From: Squalus acanthias
Lineage: Eukaryota
Direction: 5' to 3'
NCBI GenBank assembly: GCA_030390025.1
Contig: CM059429.1
Location: forward strand, 24,800,001-24,864,000
Length of the DNA stretch: 64,000 nucleotides
Shown piece by piece: positions 49,771-62,339 of this stretch (positions are counted from its first letter, which is position 1; each line of letters opens with the position of its first letter). Both the position numbers and the translations under genes were made by a program. A model generated the notes under the pieces. That model ran no database searches. It saw only the letters and a list, made by a program, of their open reading frames with translations, and was not told where the DNA came from.

Positions 49771-50973
49771 TTCATGAATCCTTTGAGTGCCAAGAGAACC
49801 TTTCCATTTTTGGGGTTTAATGCTGCATTATACAGTACCTGGAGACATTTTTCTCTGCCTTTTTTTGCCCCAGTTCTTATCTTGCAACACACAGTGTAAC
49901 ACCATCGATCACCTGCACAAAACAAAGAAAATTAGAGTTTTGACAAGTGAGGGGGAGGGGAAATTTAAGCACAGTGAATTTGGAACAATTTGGCCAGGAA
50001 CTCAAAGATGCAATTGACTGGGTGTGTCAGTCAGCTCAACAATCCTCAGCAGCCCCACCGCAGTTATTGATCATATTTCAGGGTACTTAACAAAGATCGT
50101 ATCCCCCTGGCCCTCTAGCCTTATCGCTAGACCTAGGCTCCTCTCTATCAAGAGAGGTCACTCACCCATAACCCTTAATATATAGTGCTGTCAAAATGGG
50201 AAGAACTATGTAAGATCCTACATCTATGTATCTGCAAGTAGTGTGTTACATAACCTATTACAGACCCTAAACTGATTGTATTAGTAACAGTAGGTGGAGA
50301 TAGAGTTAATTGTGGGAGTGATGGTGGTAACATTGAGGTGGAAGGAGTGTCGGTGTCGCCGGAGGAAAGTGAGCGTCAAATGCAGAAGTCTCATTGTGGT
50401 TCACTTAAAATCTGCTATTTCTTCATCGATAAAGCAGGGTGGCGAATTGTACAGAGAATAATTCTTCAGATTTCCAGCATCCACAGTATTTTGCTTCTGT
50501 AAGAGAATAATTCTTGTTTTGTCGTATCCTCGGAATGAAGTGAACCTTTTTGTTTATATTTGATTTTGTTGGCGTAACTTGTTCTCTGCATTTCTGTGCT
50601 TTCACCTCTGTGTTCAATGCTGAGTTATATATTTCAGTTTAGGCATCAACACACCGCTGGAAAGGGCAATCCAAAAGGTCTGAAAAAGGCAGCAGCTTTA
50701 AAAAGTGTTCTAAGTAGACGATAGAGTGGAGAAATAAAAGAGAATTTGAGCTCTTAGTATTAAATGGAAGTTCAGCTCCCTCAATCTTCCTAAAACTGCC
50801 TTCCCATAGATAGGGAGAGAGGCTGTTTTCTTAGCTCACGGACAGCCTGTTGTCAGATAAAGTAGTAAAACCGAATCCACCTCTTTCTAGCGATGAGACA
50901 GACATCCACTTCAAAACTTCTATTGCCCTTAATTTCAGCAGCTGGTCACGGGAAGGGATCCCTGGTTGCAAGG

Positions 50974-50986
50974 AGCCACCTGGTGG
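50974..50986 (-). promoter_or_regulatory. Candidate CTCF site
   Basis: Minus strand CCACCAGGTGGCT matches the CTCF core CCASYAGRKGGC; motif match only. Confidence 0.4.
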
Positions 50987-52532
50987 TGAAATGCACAAAC
51001 GTCGCTCTTTCATTTCCATCGTAACAACAGAAATCTGTAGATGGGGCATGTTGATGGAGCTCCAGTTCAAGCAAAACTAGCCAAATTAGGCCACTCCACT
51101 TAAAACATGTGCCATACCAAAGCCCCTCCCCCCTCCTCCATGGCACAGATTTGTGCCGTGGTGGGCACTAAATCTTCTACAATGCCAACTTCATGTTGCA
51201 CTTTTTGTTGCTTTTCAATTTAAATTCAGAAGTTTGCTAATTTTTCCGGGTGGAGGGGAGGGGTGGTGGGTGCTACGAGGAAGTAGACATCACACCACAA
51301 CGACATGATCATGTCACTGATGCCATTTCTGCCCCTGTATTTATTTGTGAAACCCAGTAAAATGTGTTAAATGTGTAGTTGGCACATCCCTGTTGAATAT
51401 AATCCTTTCAGTTACATCAGTGTGACTTATTGCTGGACGGGTTAGTAATTCCAGATTGATTCAGGTTTGCATTGTGTAGGTGGATGTCTTATCCTTGCAG
51501 GTAAAATGTTCAGATTTCCAAGGTCTCAGTGGATTTCCTCAGATCTGTGCTTTAGGTGTGAAAACATTTCTTTTTTTACTTACTTTTTAATTTATTGTTA
51601 TTTATTTTATAACATGTTTGATACAAGCAGCTTTCTTTTACACAGAAAGCTATAAAATGTGTAACATAAGGTTTGTTGTGAAGCCTGTTTCATCAGTGGA
51701 AATAATGAGATTCTAAACGGATCCATCAGCATCTGACAAAGTAAAGGTCGGGTTGATATTTTGGGTTGAGATCCTCCATCACAACTGGAAATGAGCTGAT
51801 GGATAGGTTGTAAATGTTTCTAAACCGGTGGTTTATAAAATCTATGGAGGGGGGGGGGGGGGTGGTAGAGTACGTACATCTGCTACATTTGCCCGCTGCT
51901 GACCCTGCTGAAGTTCATGAGGTCAGGGGGCGTGGCCATGAATAGCAGACCTTTGGTGGCTCGGGGCATATCTGGATCACCCCCCCACCCCTGCCAAAGA
52001 GGCTAGAAATAATGGCCAAAGCTTACCGGGGTGGTGGGAAGGTCATTGGGGGGTGGGGGGTGCTCTTGGCTACCCCATGTCAACAACGTATGCCTGAGCA
52101 ACGCTGGGTCTCAATTGAAGGCCAGGGCACAGGAACTTCCAGCTAAGGGAGTCCCAACCTTTGCCCCCTGCCGCTCCCCCCCCCCTCCCCATTAAGTTGA
52201 TGGTCTTGTAGGACCAGGCAGATAGGTCAGCTCCCATAAATCTATACCGGAAACGTCACTCCGCAGCCAGTACCTGACATATTCGGGTTCCCGTGGAACT
52301 TGTGGCTGTTCCAACGGATTCCTGCCAAAGTTGGGGCCGGGGTATGCACACTTTGAGCCCCTGAATGTTCCAGTAACAGGCTGGCAGGAACACAAGCATC
52401 CAGGAGTAGCTTCAAACCTTTCGAAAGAATGAAGCTGAACATCACTACTGCATATCTATAATATGTTAAAAGTCTTCTCTGTATCATGCACTTCAAATAA
52501 GCATCACATTTACTTCCCCTGATACTTCAGAT

Positions 52533-52912
52533 GCATAGAAATACATAGAAATACACAACATGAAAACAGGCCATTTGTCCGAACCAGTCCGTGTCAGTGT
52601 TCACCCTCCATGTAAGCAAATAGTTCTAATCACATTTACCCACCCGGTTCCCATATCCCTTCAACTTATTTTCCTACATCCACCTATCCAATCTAATCTT
52701 GAATGCTGATATAGTTTCTGCCTTAACCACTAACCCTGGAAGTGAATTCCACAGCCTCACAACGCTCTGTGTGAAGAAGTTTCTCCTGCCCTCTGTTCTA
52801 CATCTCTGACATTTAATCTTGTATCTATAGACCCTCGTTCTTGACCCCTGCACTACTAATAACAGTCTGCTTCTATCTACCCTGTCCCATCCTTTCATAA
52901 TTTTAAACACTT
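52533..52912 (-). mobile_element. CR1 3' end
   Basis: ORF 52674-52910 FKIMKGWDRVD...RNFFTQSVVRLWNSLP; tail catagaaatacatagaaata. Confidence 0.9.
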
Positions 52913-53194
52913 TACTGCATCCTTCGACTTGCCATAAGCAATGCTATATTATATTATAAGAAATATATTTTATATACAAAGAAAGTCTCATAACATAAAT
53001 CAATCTTATTGCTGTCATGTATTCTGTGTGGAGGTGCTGCTCATCGATATAAACTGGTGAAACACACCCCCAGCGATGGCGCGGCAGTCCTTCTCTGTAC
53101 CTCGTAAATGTCTCCACTTTGATCCTAAAATATTCTGCATTTGAAATGTTTAGAAATATCTGTTTGTTGCTTTGCTTGTTAGGTGAATCATTAT

Positions 53195-53400
53195 GGGGTA
53201 GATTCTCAACATGGCGCCCAAGCGTAAATCTGACATTGCAGATCGTCTGCCCAGGAAAGAAGCCGCCCGATTTTAATTTCCATTGATGTCTACAGAAATG
53301 AAAATCAGGAGGGGAGGCGGTGGGGTTGGAGGGGAGAGGGTTTCTATAATAGGTGGCAACATCAGTTTTACACCCAGGTGTCAAGTTGAAAATCTACCCC
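53195..53400. mobile_element. Palindromic MITE about 160 bp upstream of a MECOM exon
   Basis: ggggtagattctcaacatggcgcccaagcgtaaatctgac / atcagttttacacccaggtgtcaagttgaaaatctacccc. Confidence 0.85.
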
Positions 53401-53561
53401 CAGGTGCTTGAAAGGCTGAGTAAGAGGCAGTGTGTGGCAGAGCTGAGTGACCGCAGATGAGTGTCTCTGCCATATTTGGTAGAAGCATCCTCCAGCCTGT
53501 CACACACTCGGGCCAATTCTTTTCTTCATACTTAGTGCAACCTGTGTTTTTTTTTATTCAG

Positions 53562-53664
53562 ATTTTTTACAGAATTATACGAGACATTAGCCCTGGGGAG
53601 GAGCTCTTAGTGTTGATGAAGAGTGGAGGCTACTCACAAGAAACGATGGCTCCAGCGATACACG
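53562..53664 (+). CDS. MECOM: MECOM exon, end of PR domain; contains the EVI1 start codon (ATG 53616-53618)
   Basis: ttttattcag|ATT...CACG|gtgggt, 103 nt, phase 0/1. Translates IFYRIIRDISPGEELLVLMKSGGYSQETMAPAIH versus human IFYRVVADIAPGEELLLFMKSEDYPHETMAPDIH. Confidence 0.97.
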
Positions 53665-55582
53665 GTGGGTAACTGTGTCACTGCCTTGAAAATCTCAGAC
53701 TGCTGCCAGTGTGGCTGCGCTCTGTGTGTTGTAACACAACTCCAAGGTAGTCAAAAGCACATGTCCTGGCCAGGTTACACACACATTCAATGTTTTCCAC
53801 TCAATCTTGGTCAGCGAAGCTGCTCATTGACATGAATTATCATTGTGTAATTGCAAAACAACGCCAATGTTTACAGATGTTTACAAAAAGTATTTATTTC
53901 ATGATTTGAGAACATAGCAAAAGTGACAAGTTTATCTGAACGCAGCAACATTGAGGCTCCAGTGAGTTTGGATGGTCTGGCTCCCAATATGATGTCCTCC
54001 TGTTTCCACATTGCAATGACCAAATAATACATTTTATCTTCAGCTCTTCATTAATGTCCTGATTCTCAAGAGTAGCTCGGGCTGGATCGAGATTTTTTAA
54101 AATAAAAATTAAACACTTCCCATTAACTTTCATTTTTGTTTAATGGGATTTAAGTGAGTTGGTAGTGTTCATCTCTTATGGTTTTTCTGCTTTTTTAAGT
54201 TCAGAGTTTTCTTTGTGCCAAATACTGGTAAAAAGTATTTTGAGAGAAGAGTCATGCTGCTTATTGGAATCCGAACCTCCTCAATGAGATACAGTGAAGA
54301 GATTCTATTTCAGTAGGTTGGATCAGTCTGTATAGATGACAGGAAGATGCTGTCACGCTCACTGCTGTTGGAGTTGAGGTGAATTTACTTGTCCACTCTG
54401 ACTCCAACACAAAGTTCATGGTGTCAAAAGGGGCGAAACTCTCCAGCACTTGACTCAACTGTGGCGGAACATCTTGTCCCCGAGTAGCGTGATCCCGTTT
54501 GTGTGGAAACAGTGCGGTGCTCATGCCAGTTGTGGCTGCTTTCCTTCTTTGTTCTCCCAGCGGCCGGGACTGCGTGTCCCTTTTGATGTTGCATGCGGCT
54601 GGATTAAAATATTACTCTTGTGCCTGAAGTTGCATTTTAAATACCCCGTACACCAGTGATGAAAACAGAAGATTAATTATCAAGCATTTGGCAGTTTGCA
54701 TGCATTGCTGACACAATACACTCAGTTGGTCTATTCTCTTCTTCATAAGAAACATTCTTGGAGATATTAAAGGCCATGAGCCATTGATCCTGGCAGTGAC
54801 TGCTTGTTTTGTAAGTAGCTGTGTGTAATAAATTGACTTCCTTCCCATTGTTACCATATGAAGTCACCGTTTTCTTATTAGATGTGCTTTTTTTTGTGAA
54901 GTGGGTCAAATTAATTTCTCATTGTGTAAGAAAATGTCTCTGGAACTGCACTTTGAAAGAAAAGCAATTTTGACCATGAAAGAACAAAAAAAAATCTGTG
55001 CAATAAAAGACACTTATTATAACTGTGTACAGAAGACTGAAACCCCAAATCTGTTTATAATCATGTCTTGGCAAACAAAATATCAGCAATTTATTACAAA
55101 AAGGCTAGGGCTGGGTGGCACAGTTTGCTAGGACATTACTCTGAATAATTGGCTCTCTTCTCTAGGGAGCTGCTTGAATCTGAACCAGGGAAAGCCAATG
55201 AAGGTCCTCTCTGTCTGATGGAATCCAAGGGTCAAACAAGAATTTAGTTCTGGCATCAGGCATAAGTTTAAAGCATAAAGCTCCCACATCCAGTGCCGAA
55301 TTCCACATTGTCGTGCACCAGGATTGGCCTACAGAATCATCCCATGCTCCTAAGGCTTCCAAGATTGAAGGATGGAACTTGCAGATGTTATAGGAATGGC
55401 CTGAATTGGGTTTCCTGCTCATTTAAAGTAACACTGCCAACTCTAGGTTAAAGTGTTCTGGGGAGAAGGTGAAGGAGTGTCAAGAGGATCTAGCTCACAT
55501 AGTATGTGATAAATTTACATGCAATTTATGGTTGGAGAGCATTGGAAGGTAGAACTGAGACACATTAAGCCTTCAATAATAT

Positions 55583-55692
55583 CACTGGTCCTCTGGGGCA
55601 TTTTAATGCACTTACCAGCCCTCTGGGGCACTTTGATGTGGTTACTATCCCTCTGGGGCACTTTCATGTGATTACCGGCCATGTAGAGCATT
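55583..55692. repeat. 30-bp-period degenerate minisatellite (about 3.5 copies)
   Basis: ctctggggca recurs at 55591, 55621 and 55651. Confidence 0.9.
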
Positions 55693-56298
55693 TCAGTATT
55701 TATTCCTGGTTTGTACATGTCTACCTTATGGCTGTGTTTTGCTGCTGGCCATTTTGATTAAATTATGTTCAAACTATATGAAGGCACCAACTTGAAACAT
55801 GTCAACATAGCCACTCGATATATGCCAACAATCCCACCCCAAATGTCAGCAAAAGTATAGAAAAATACCGTGGTTCATTTTATACTGGCTCCGTTGTTGG
55901 AATATTAAAAAAGAAGCTTTTAAAATAAAAACGCAATACAACTCACTATTTGTTGTTGATGACTTCCGAGTGCGAATGTGAAATGTCAAATGGCTGCTTT
56001 TGATAATAACCTGAACTCTAATTGGATCTCGTGAGGTGTGGGAAGGTTATGTGGACCATGAACTGTGTGATTCTGATATCCATTATCATTCATGGGCCAT
56101 CTGTAATTGATTATTGACTAACAGCCATATAAAATCTGCATCATGTGGTGTCATTAATTGAGAGGAGTGGTTGGTTCTCCTGCCAGCGAAATGGACTTTA
56201 CCACATCTAGTACTGATCATGATTAATTGGAGTTATTAAGTCTTAAAGTTCAGTTGAATCTAGTTTCAAGTTTATGAAGTGGCGTTTCAATGTTACAG

Positions 56299-56497
56299 AG
56301 GAGCGCGAGTATCGGTGTGATGAGTGCAATAAGCTCTTCGAATGCAAGGCAGAGCTGCTGGACCACCAGAAGTTTACCTGCAACAATTCCCCCACTGCTT
56401 TCTCTATGGTAGATGAAGACTTCAAACCGAAGCTGAATGGTGAAGACGAACCTCACGAGTGTAAAGAGTGCGATGGAGTATACCCAGATGCTCAAAG
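56299..56497 (+). CDS. MECOM: MECOM exon, zinc finger 1 (C2HC) and first half of ZF2
   Basis: gttacag|AG...CAAAG|gtgagt, 199 nt, phase 1/2. Translates (E)EREYRCDECNKLFECKAELLDHQKFTCNNSPTAFSMVDEDFKPKLNGEDEPHECKECDGVYPDAQ(S). Confidence 0.96.
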
Positions 56498-56854
56498 GTG
56501 AGTGCAGTAATTCAAGCTAAGCTTCTGAATCCTGGGCTTTCTTTGGCATACTAATTCAACGTACCGTACCTCAAGACGCCAACAAACTATCGGGGAAATG
56601 TCAGTTGCTGAGGATCAGCCCTGCAACTCAACTCTGTCCCCCGGGTGACGTCAACAAATATTGTCTCCTCTCAATAATATTTGACAAAAAGGCCACATAA
56701 TTCTATTTTGTTGCAAGAGAACTGCTGGCAAAATGTTCAGGAAAAGAGATTTTTGCAATTTTCATCTTTAAAACAAGTGCTGTACCTTCAAGTTATTCCA
56801 TATGCAGAGGGCACATGTGTCAGATAGACAGGATGAAGAATTATATTAACCCTT

Positions 56855-57125
56855 ATGCTAGTGAAAGCAGGCCCGACGCCTGCTTTTACAAGGCATAAGA
56901 GTTTTGTGGACCTTTGCTGGGCAGTAGTTGGGCAAATAGCCCAATTCTGCACTGGCAAAAGTGAATTTCTAGTCGGTTCGGTAGATCTGTTGAGGCGTAC
57001 CTTGACAGATCGCAAGTTCCAGGTTTTCGCACATGCGCAGAGCATGCGGAAATCCGGAACTTGCGGGACCTTTCAGAAGGCGTAAGCTGAGCGTACACCA
57101 TTGTCGGGACCGCAAATTCCGGGCC
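56855..57125 (-). mobile_element. Single arm of a DNA transposon related to 31323-32085
   Basis: Ends aaattccgggcc-att and shares the aaagcagg...cctgcttttac hairpin and ttgacagatcg.aa...gcatgcg blocks. Confidence 0.75.
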
Positions 57126-57995
57126 ATTATCTCTCGCTGATAAAATGTATGGAGTAGGTAATCCATTCTGCAATAGCACCACTGATTTTGATGACAAGTC
57201 CAGTGGTGTTGACTGCTGGATATTCAAGCCAGACACGGCCCTTTTTTATTTACATTTCGAGCACTTCTCAAACACCCCTGAGCCAAAACAATCCACTTTC
57301 AGCTCTGCCTAGAATCCTTGAGCTACAGGAATGTAAAGTTAGTTGTTTTGCCTTTCAACTTGTCAGTCAGCGGTGTGGGCAGGACCAGGATCACTCACTG
57401 CTGACAGACTGGAGGCAGGTGGGGCCTAGTCACAGGGACACAGTTGACTGACAGCTCTGAAATAAGCAAGTATGTTCTTTAGAATTGAAGTCTTGAGAAC
57501 GGTGGCACTACATTACTTTCTTTATTGCTTAGCAGCATTCGCCAGAAAAAGAACTCAATAAGCATAGACAGGCGGAAAAAGATGGAAAATTAGTCAGGCT
57601 GTGAACATCTCCGCGGGTGCCATTCATGTAGGTGCTCAGTTGAGCTGTGTCTGACTGGAGCAGGGATGGTACCCCTTGATTAATTTACCTTGCCCACAAC
57701 AACCCAGCCAAAGCTACTGAAGCACTCTGTCACGACTTTGCAAATTCGTGCTCAGAACTACAAAGAAAATGAAAGTCGCAGTGAATACCTGGACATGTGA
57801 AATGTACAGATATTTAGCCCCACATGATTTTCCATTATTATACCAAAACAAATATACATTAAACCAAAATAAAAATACTAACATTTATAGGAATGTGATA
57901 TAACTGGCCTCCGTGTCACTAGATTAGCCAGAGATCCACTCCTAACTCTCATCCACTGACTCCTGCCAGGAAGTACCCAGGTGTGAACAAAATGG

Positions 57996-58562
57996 TGACT
58001 CCCTAAAGCCTTTCCACCATCTACAAGGCACAAGTAAGGAGTGTGATGGAATACTCTCCACTTGCCTGGATGAGTGCAGCTCCAACAACACTCAAGAAGC
58101 TCGACACCATCCAGGACAAAGCAGCCCGTTTGATTGGCACCCCATCCACCACCTTAAACATTCACTCCCTCCACCACCGGCGTACCGTGGCTGCAGTGTG
58201 TACCATCTACAAGATGCACTGCAGCAACTCGCCAAGGCTTCTTCGGCAGCACCTCCCAAACCCGCGACCTCTTCCACCTAGAAGGACAAGGGCAGCAGGC
58301 ACATGGGAACACCACCACCTCCAAGTTCCCCTCCAAGTCACACACCATCCTGATTTAGAAGTATATCGCCGATCCTTCATCGTCGCTGGGTCAAAATCCT
58401 GGAACTCCCTCCCTAACAGCACTGTGGGAGTACCTTCACCACACGGACTGTAGCGGTTCAAGAAGGTGGCTCACCACCACCTTCTCAAGGGCAATTAGGG
58501 ATGGGCAATAAATGCTGGCTTTGCCAGCGAAACCCACATCCCATAAGCGAATTTAAAAAAAA
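57996..58562 (+). mobile_element. CR1-group (non-canonical) LINE 3' end with poly(A) tail
   Basis: IYKAQVRSVMEYSPLAWMSAAPTTLKKLDTIQDKAARLI...SLHHRRTVAAVCTIYKMH...WNSLP is typical LINE post-RT sequence; exact clade not assignable by eye. Confidence 0.88.
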
Positions 58563-58936
58563 CATCAGTAAAATAGCTTCCTACTGCTCATTGTACCATC
58601 TAAGTTCACACATAAAGAGTGGACACTTTGGTGATGTGGTGGAGGCTGCCAGGGTGCATTGAACCAGAGACCCAGCAAGAGTCAACACCATCAGAAAGAA
58701 GGGCAAAGAATTGAGAGAAACATTATTGGAAAGTGCTGCTTTTAACCATTTAAGAATAATAGAGCCCCAGCCATTATAAATTGTCCCCTTACGCATTTTA
58801 GACTGAGAAAGGTGATGAGATGAAAGCCTTTTGGTCTCCCAAATGCTGGTACTGGGGTACAGGCGAGGCAGAGTCATAACTTGTGTCCCTGCTACAGAGA
58901 AAGGGAGTGATGGCCTCTCTCTTACTGACTCAACAG

Positions 58937-59084
58937 CTTGGACAGACACCTGCTGACACACACGGAGGAGCGAGAGTACAAGTGCGACCAGTGCCCTAAA
59001 GCCTTCAACTGGAAGTCAAATCTTATTCGTCACCAGATGTCACATGACAGTGGCAAGCACTACGAGTGTGAAAACTGCGCCAAG
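58937..59084 (+). CDS. MECOM: MECOM exon, end of ZF2, ZF3 and start of ZF4
   Basis: ctcaacag|C TTG...GCCAAG|gtatgg, 148 nt, phase 2/0. Translates (S)[49 protein letters not shown]; [10 protein letters not shown] is MECOM-type (PRDM16 has KRFECENCVK). Missed by the ORF track. Confidence 0.98.
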
Positions 59085-59406
59085 GTATGGTGAAGGGTTT
59101 CAATGCCTTATATTTTCAATTGTTACCAGACTAGGAAAGAAAAAAAGCGTTAGAAATTCACAAAGTACGCCGCATTCTTCAAAAGGAATATAGTTGGCGC
59201 GAGCGAGAGTGAGTGTTTCAGACAGACTTGGATTTTCTAATGCAAATTTGACATTTCGCAATCCATTTATAATTCTTAAAATGCTTGGAAAAACATTTTA
59301 AAATATCTTTAAAGGTAAGGGTTTTTCTACTTCAGGTATGTTTGGTCTCTACCTAAAAATGAAGAGCAATTTTTTAAAAACAAACTTTAGCACCCAGGCA
59401 ACCAAT

Positions 59407-59577
59407 GGGGTAGATTTTGGCTTTGTGCGATAATGTAAATTGGGTGATAGCGAGTCAGCAGCCAATTTTACATCTCTCCCGATTTTTATTTCTATCGAGG
59501 TCAACAGAGAGACGTGAAGCAGGCTGCTGACTCACTATCGCCTGCTTTGCATTATCACACAAAGTCAAAATCTACCC
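59407..59577. mobile_element. Palindromic MITE with AAT TSD
   Basis: Arms of about 55 bp: gggtagattttggctttgtgcgataatg...gagtcagcagcc / ggctgctgactc...cattatcacacaaagtcaaaatctaccc; AAT at 59404-59406 and 59578-59580. Confidence 0.9.
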
Positions 59578-59719
59578 AATGTGTTTAATTTGCTGTAAAA
59601 TCCAGGTTCGAACGCCTTCAATTTTTACCTGCTTATTCATTGTTTTATTTTAAAAATACTGATAGTCCCTTATTTAGAGGACGAATGTAAAATAAAATCA
59701 TAGGGCTAATTCTGCTCTA

Positions 59720-59732
59720 CCAGCAGGGGGCA
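59720..59732 (+). promoter_or_regulatory. Candidate CTCF site
   Basis: CCAGCAGGGGGCA matches the core consensus CCASYAGRKGGCR; motif match only. Confidence 0.5.
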
Positions 59733-60104
59733 ATGCACAAAGGGAGTGCATAGCGGCAAATCATAGACATGCAGCCTGTGATTTTACGTGCTGGGAGCGT
59801 GGATCGGCTCCCATGTGAAGATATACTAGATATTACAGTAAATATATAAGCAGTTTTCTAAATATATTAGTTTTTATGCTTCTGATTTGACGTTTTAAGT
59901 GTACTATGTATCAATGACCATTATTAGGCTAAGCATTCTTGGTCCCGTTGCATAGGCAAAACAGCAGATAGGGGAAGGAGAACATACTAAATACAGGATG
60001 AAGATTAAGTCAACTTGATGAGATGGCGCTAAAATAAAGTGCTCTACATAGAAACGGGGCTCCATGCTAGTGTGAAAAACTGTATTTTGATGTCCATAAA
60101 CTAA

Positions 60105-60377
<273 letters not shown>

Positions 60378-60889
60378 TGAAGATCAGTAGGGTACAAGAG
60401 GATTTGTTTCTGGTCAAATCATTCATTTCTTGGAGTTATTGTTGATGGTAGTCCAGGAAGCAAACAGCTCAATTGGTCTTCAAGGGAGAATAGTCTGGGA
60501 ATGGGCTATATAGTACTTCCGTCTCTGGCAGTTGGTTTTGAACGCAGCCCAAACTGATAATGGAGGTCTCTTTCTCTGATGGTTCTCAAGTTTCGAGGTG
60601 AAAAGACTTTAGTATAACCTAAATCTAGTTCCTAGTGTGTGTGTGAGTCCACTGCATAGAAATGCCTATAATTTGATCATTTCCACTAAATTGTCAGACC
60701 TACTGAAAGAAACCACAAAAATAACTGGTGAGAAGATTGAGGGTGCTCTTCTGAAGTTGAGGTTAATGCACCTTATTGGGACAGAATAGAGGCAGCTTTA
60801 CCCTCTTCTAATCCATTCTATGCTTGTCTGGGATGAGTTGTAAGTTCCTCCAGCTAAATATTGGGAAGACAGACACTATAGTCTGTGGC

Positions 60890-61675
60890 CCCACCACAAA
60901 CTCCCTTGCCATTGACTCTATCCCCCTCCTCAGTCACTGTCTCAGGCAAAACCAGACTGTTTGCAACCTCGTGTCCTGTTTCACCCTGATCTGAACTTTT
61001 GACCCCATATCCTGTCCATCACAAAGACTGCCTACTTTCATGTCCAAAACATCGCCCATCTCCGCCCATCCATTGCTGAATCCCTCATCCATGCTTTGGT
61101 CATCTCCTGACTCAATTGGTCTAATGCTGTCCTGGCTGGCCTCTCATCTTTCGCTGTCCATGAACATCAACTCATCAAAACTCTGCTGTTGGTATCCTAT
61201 CCCATACCAAATCCCGCTTGCCCATCACACCTGTCCTCGTTGACCTACTTTGGCTACCAGACCCCCATGCCACAAATTAAAAATTCTCATCCTTGTGTTT
61301 AAATCCCTTCGTAGCCTTACCCCTCCCTATCTCTGTGACATTCCCCATCCCTACTAACCCCAACCCCACATACCCTCCGTTCCTCTGACTCTGGCCATCT
61401 GTGCATGTTCCTTCTCCACTGTTGGTGGCCATACCTTCAGCTGCGGAGTTCCCACTTTGAAATTCCTTCCCTCCCCCAAACCCTTCCGGTTTTCCACCTG
61501 CCTCTCCTCCTTTACGATCTTATTAAAGCTCACCTCTTTGACCAAGCTTCTGGTCACCTCCTAATCGCCCCCTCTTTGGCTCAACATGTCTTCCTTATGC
61601 CTCTGTGAAGCACCGTAGGATGTTTTTCTACATTAACGGCACTATATAAATGCAAGTTATTGCTGCTGCTGTTGT
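60890..61675 (+). mobile_element. L2 LINE 3' region
   Basis: cagactgtttgcaacctc...aagactgcctactttca...aaaattctcatccttgtgtttaaatccct...; terminus gcactatataaatgcaagttattgctgctgctgttg. Confidence 0.88.
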
Positions 61676-62339
61676 AAAGATTTGGGGATGCAAACCCATG
61701 TCATGACCCCTCATTGTGAGATATGGTAAAGTTTCAATACTCTGTGCAAGCCTACACTTCTATTATTAGTCAATCTTTTGCTATTACAACTATAAAATAA
61801 GTTAGACAGAATAGCTACTGGGCACAGGGTTCTCTGATCGTGTTACTGGAAGAACCACATGAGTGAGAATGATGGTTGGGTGACTATTGTACATTGTGTG
61901 TGCACTGCAATGCTCAGTCCCTGCACACCATCCCATGAGGTAAAAGCAACCCATTCTTGTCTGTTCATGACCACATTCCTGCTCTGAGTGGACTAGGAGG
62001 ACTGTGTGAATGCAGATAGTAACTTGATCCAATTGTACTCAGATTATAGGATGCATATCAAGTAACAGCAGATTATGGCAAATAAACTATCCAAAAACAG
62101 CATGGACATCAGAACTAACCAGCACGGCAGCATGTAAGCTATATCAGTTACGTAAAGAGTGACTTTCCCTTTCAAAGTTCACCATTTCGCAATGTGCATT
62201 CTGTTTAAATTACTAAACAGTTCATTTACTAAACAGTTTTTTTTAATTCAGAAATTGATTTTCCCCCAATTTTCTCTTTTCATCCTTCCTCCTCTGAAGG
62301 CAGACTCATACTTCAGTATAATTCAGTGCTCCCTCGCCT

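Noticed and set aside
55583-55692. CRISPR-like repeat array
   Set aside because: Vertebrate intron; the inter-repeat segments are homologous to one another, so it is a minisatellite, and there are no cas genes.
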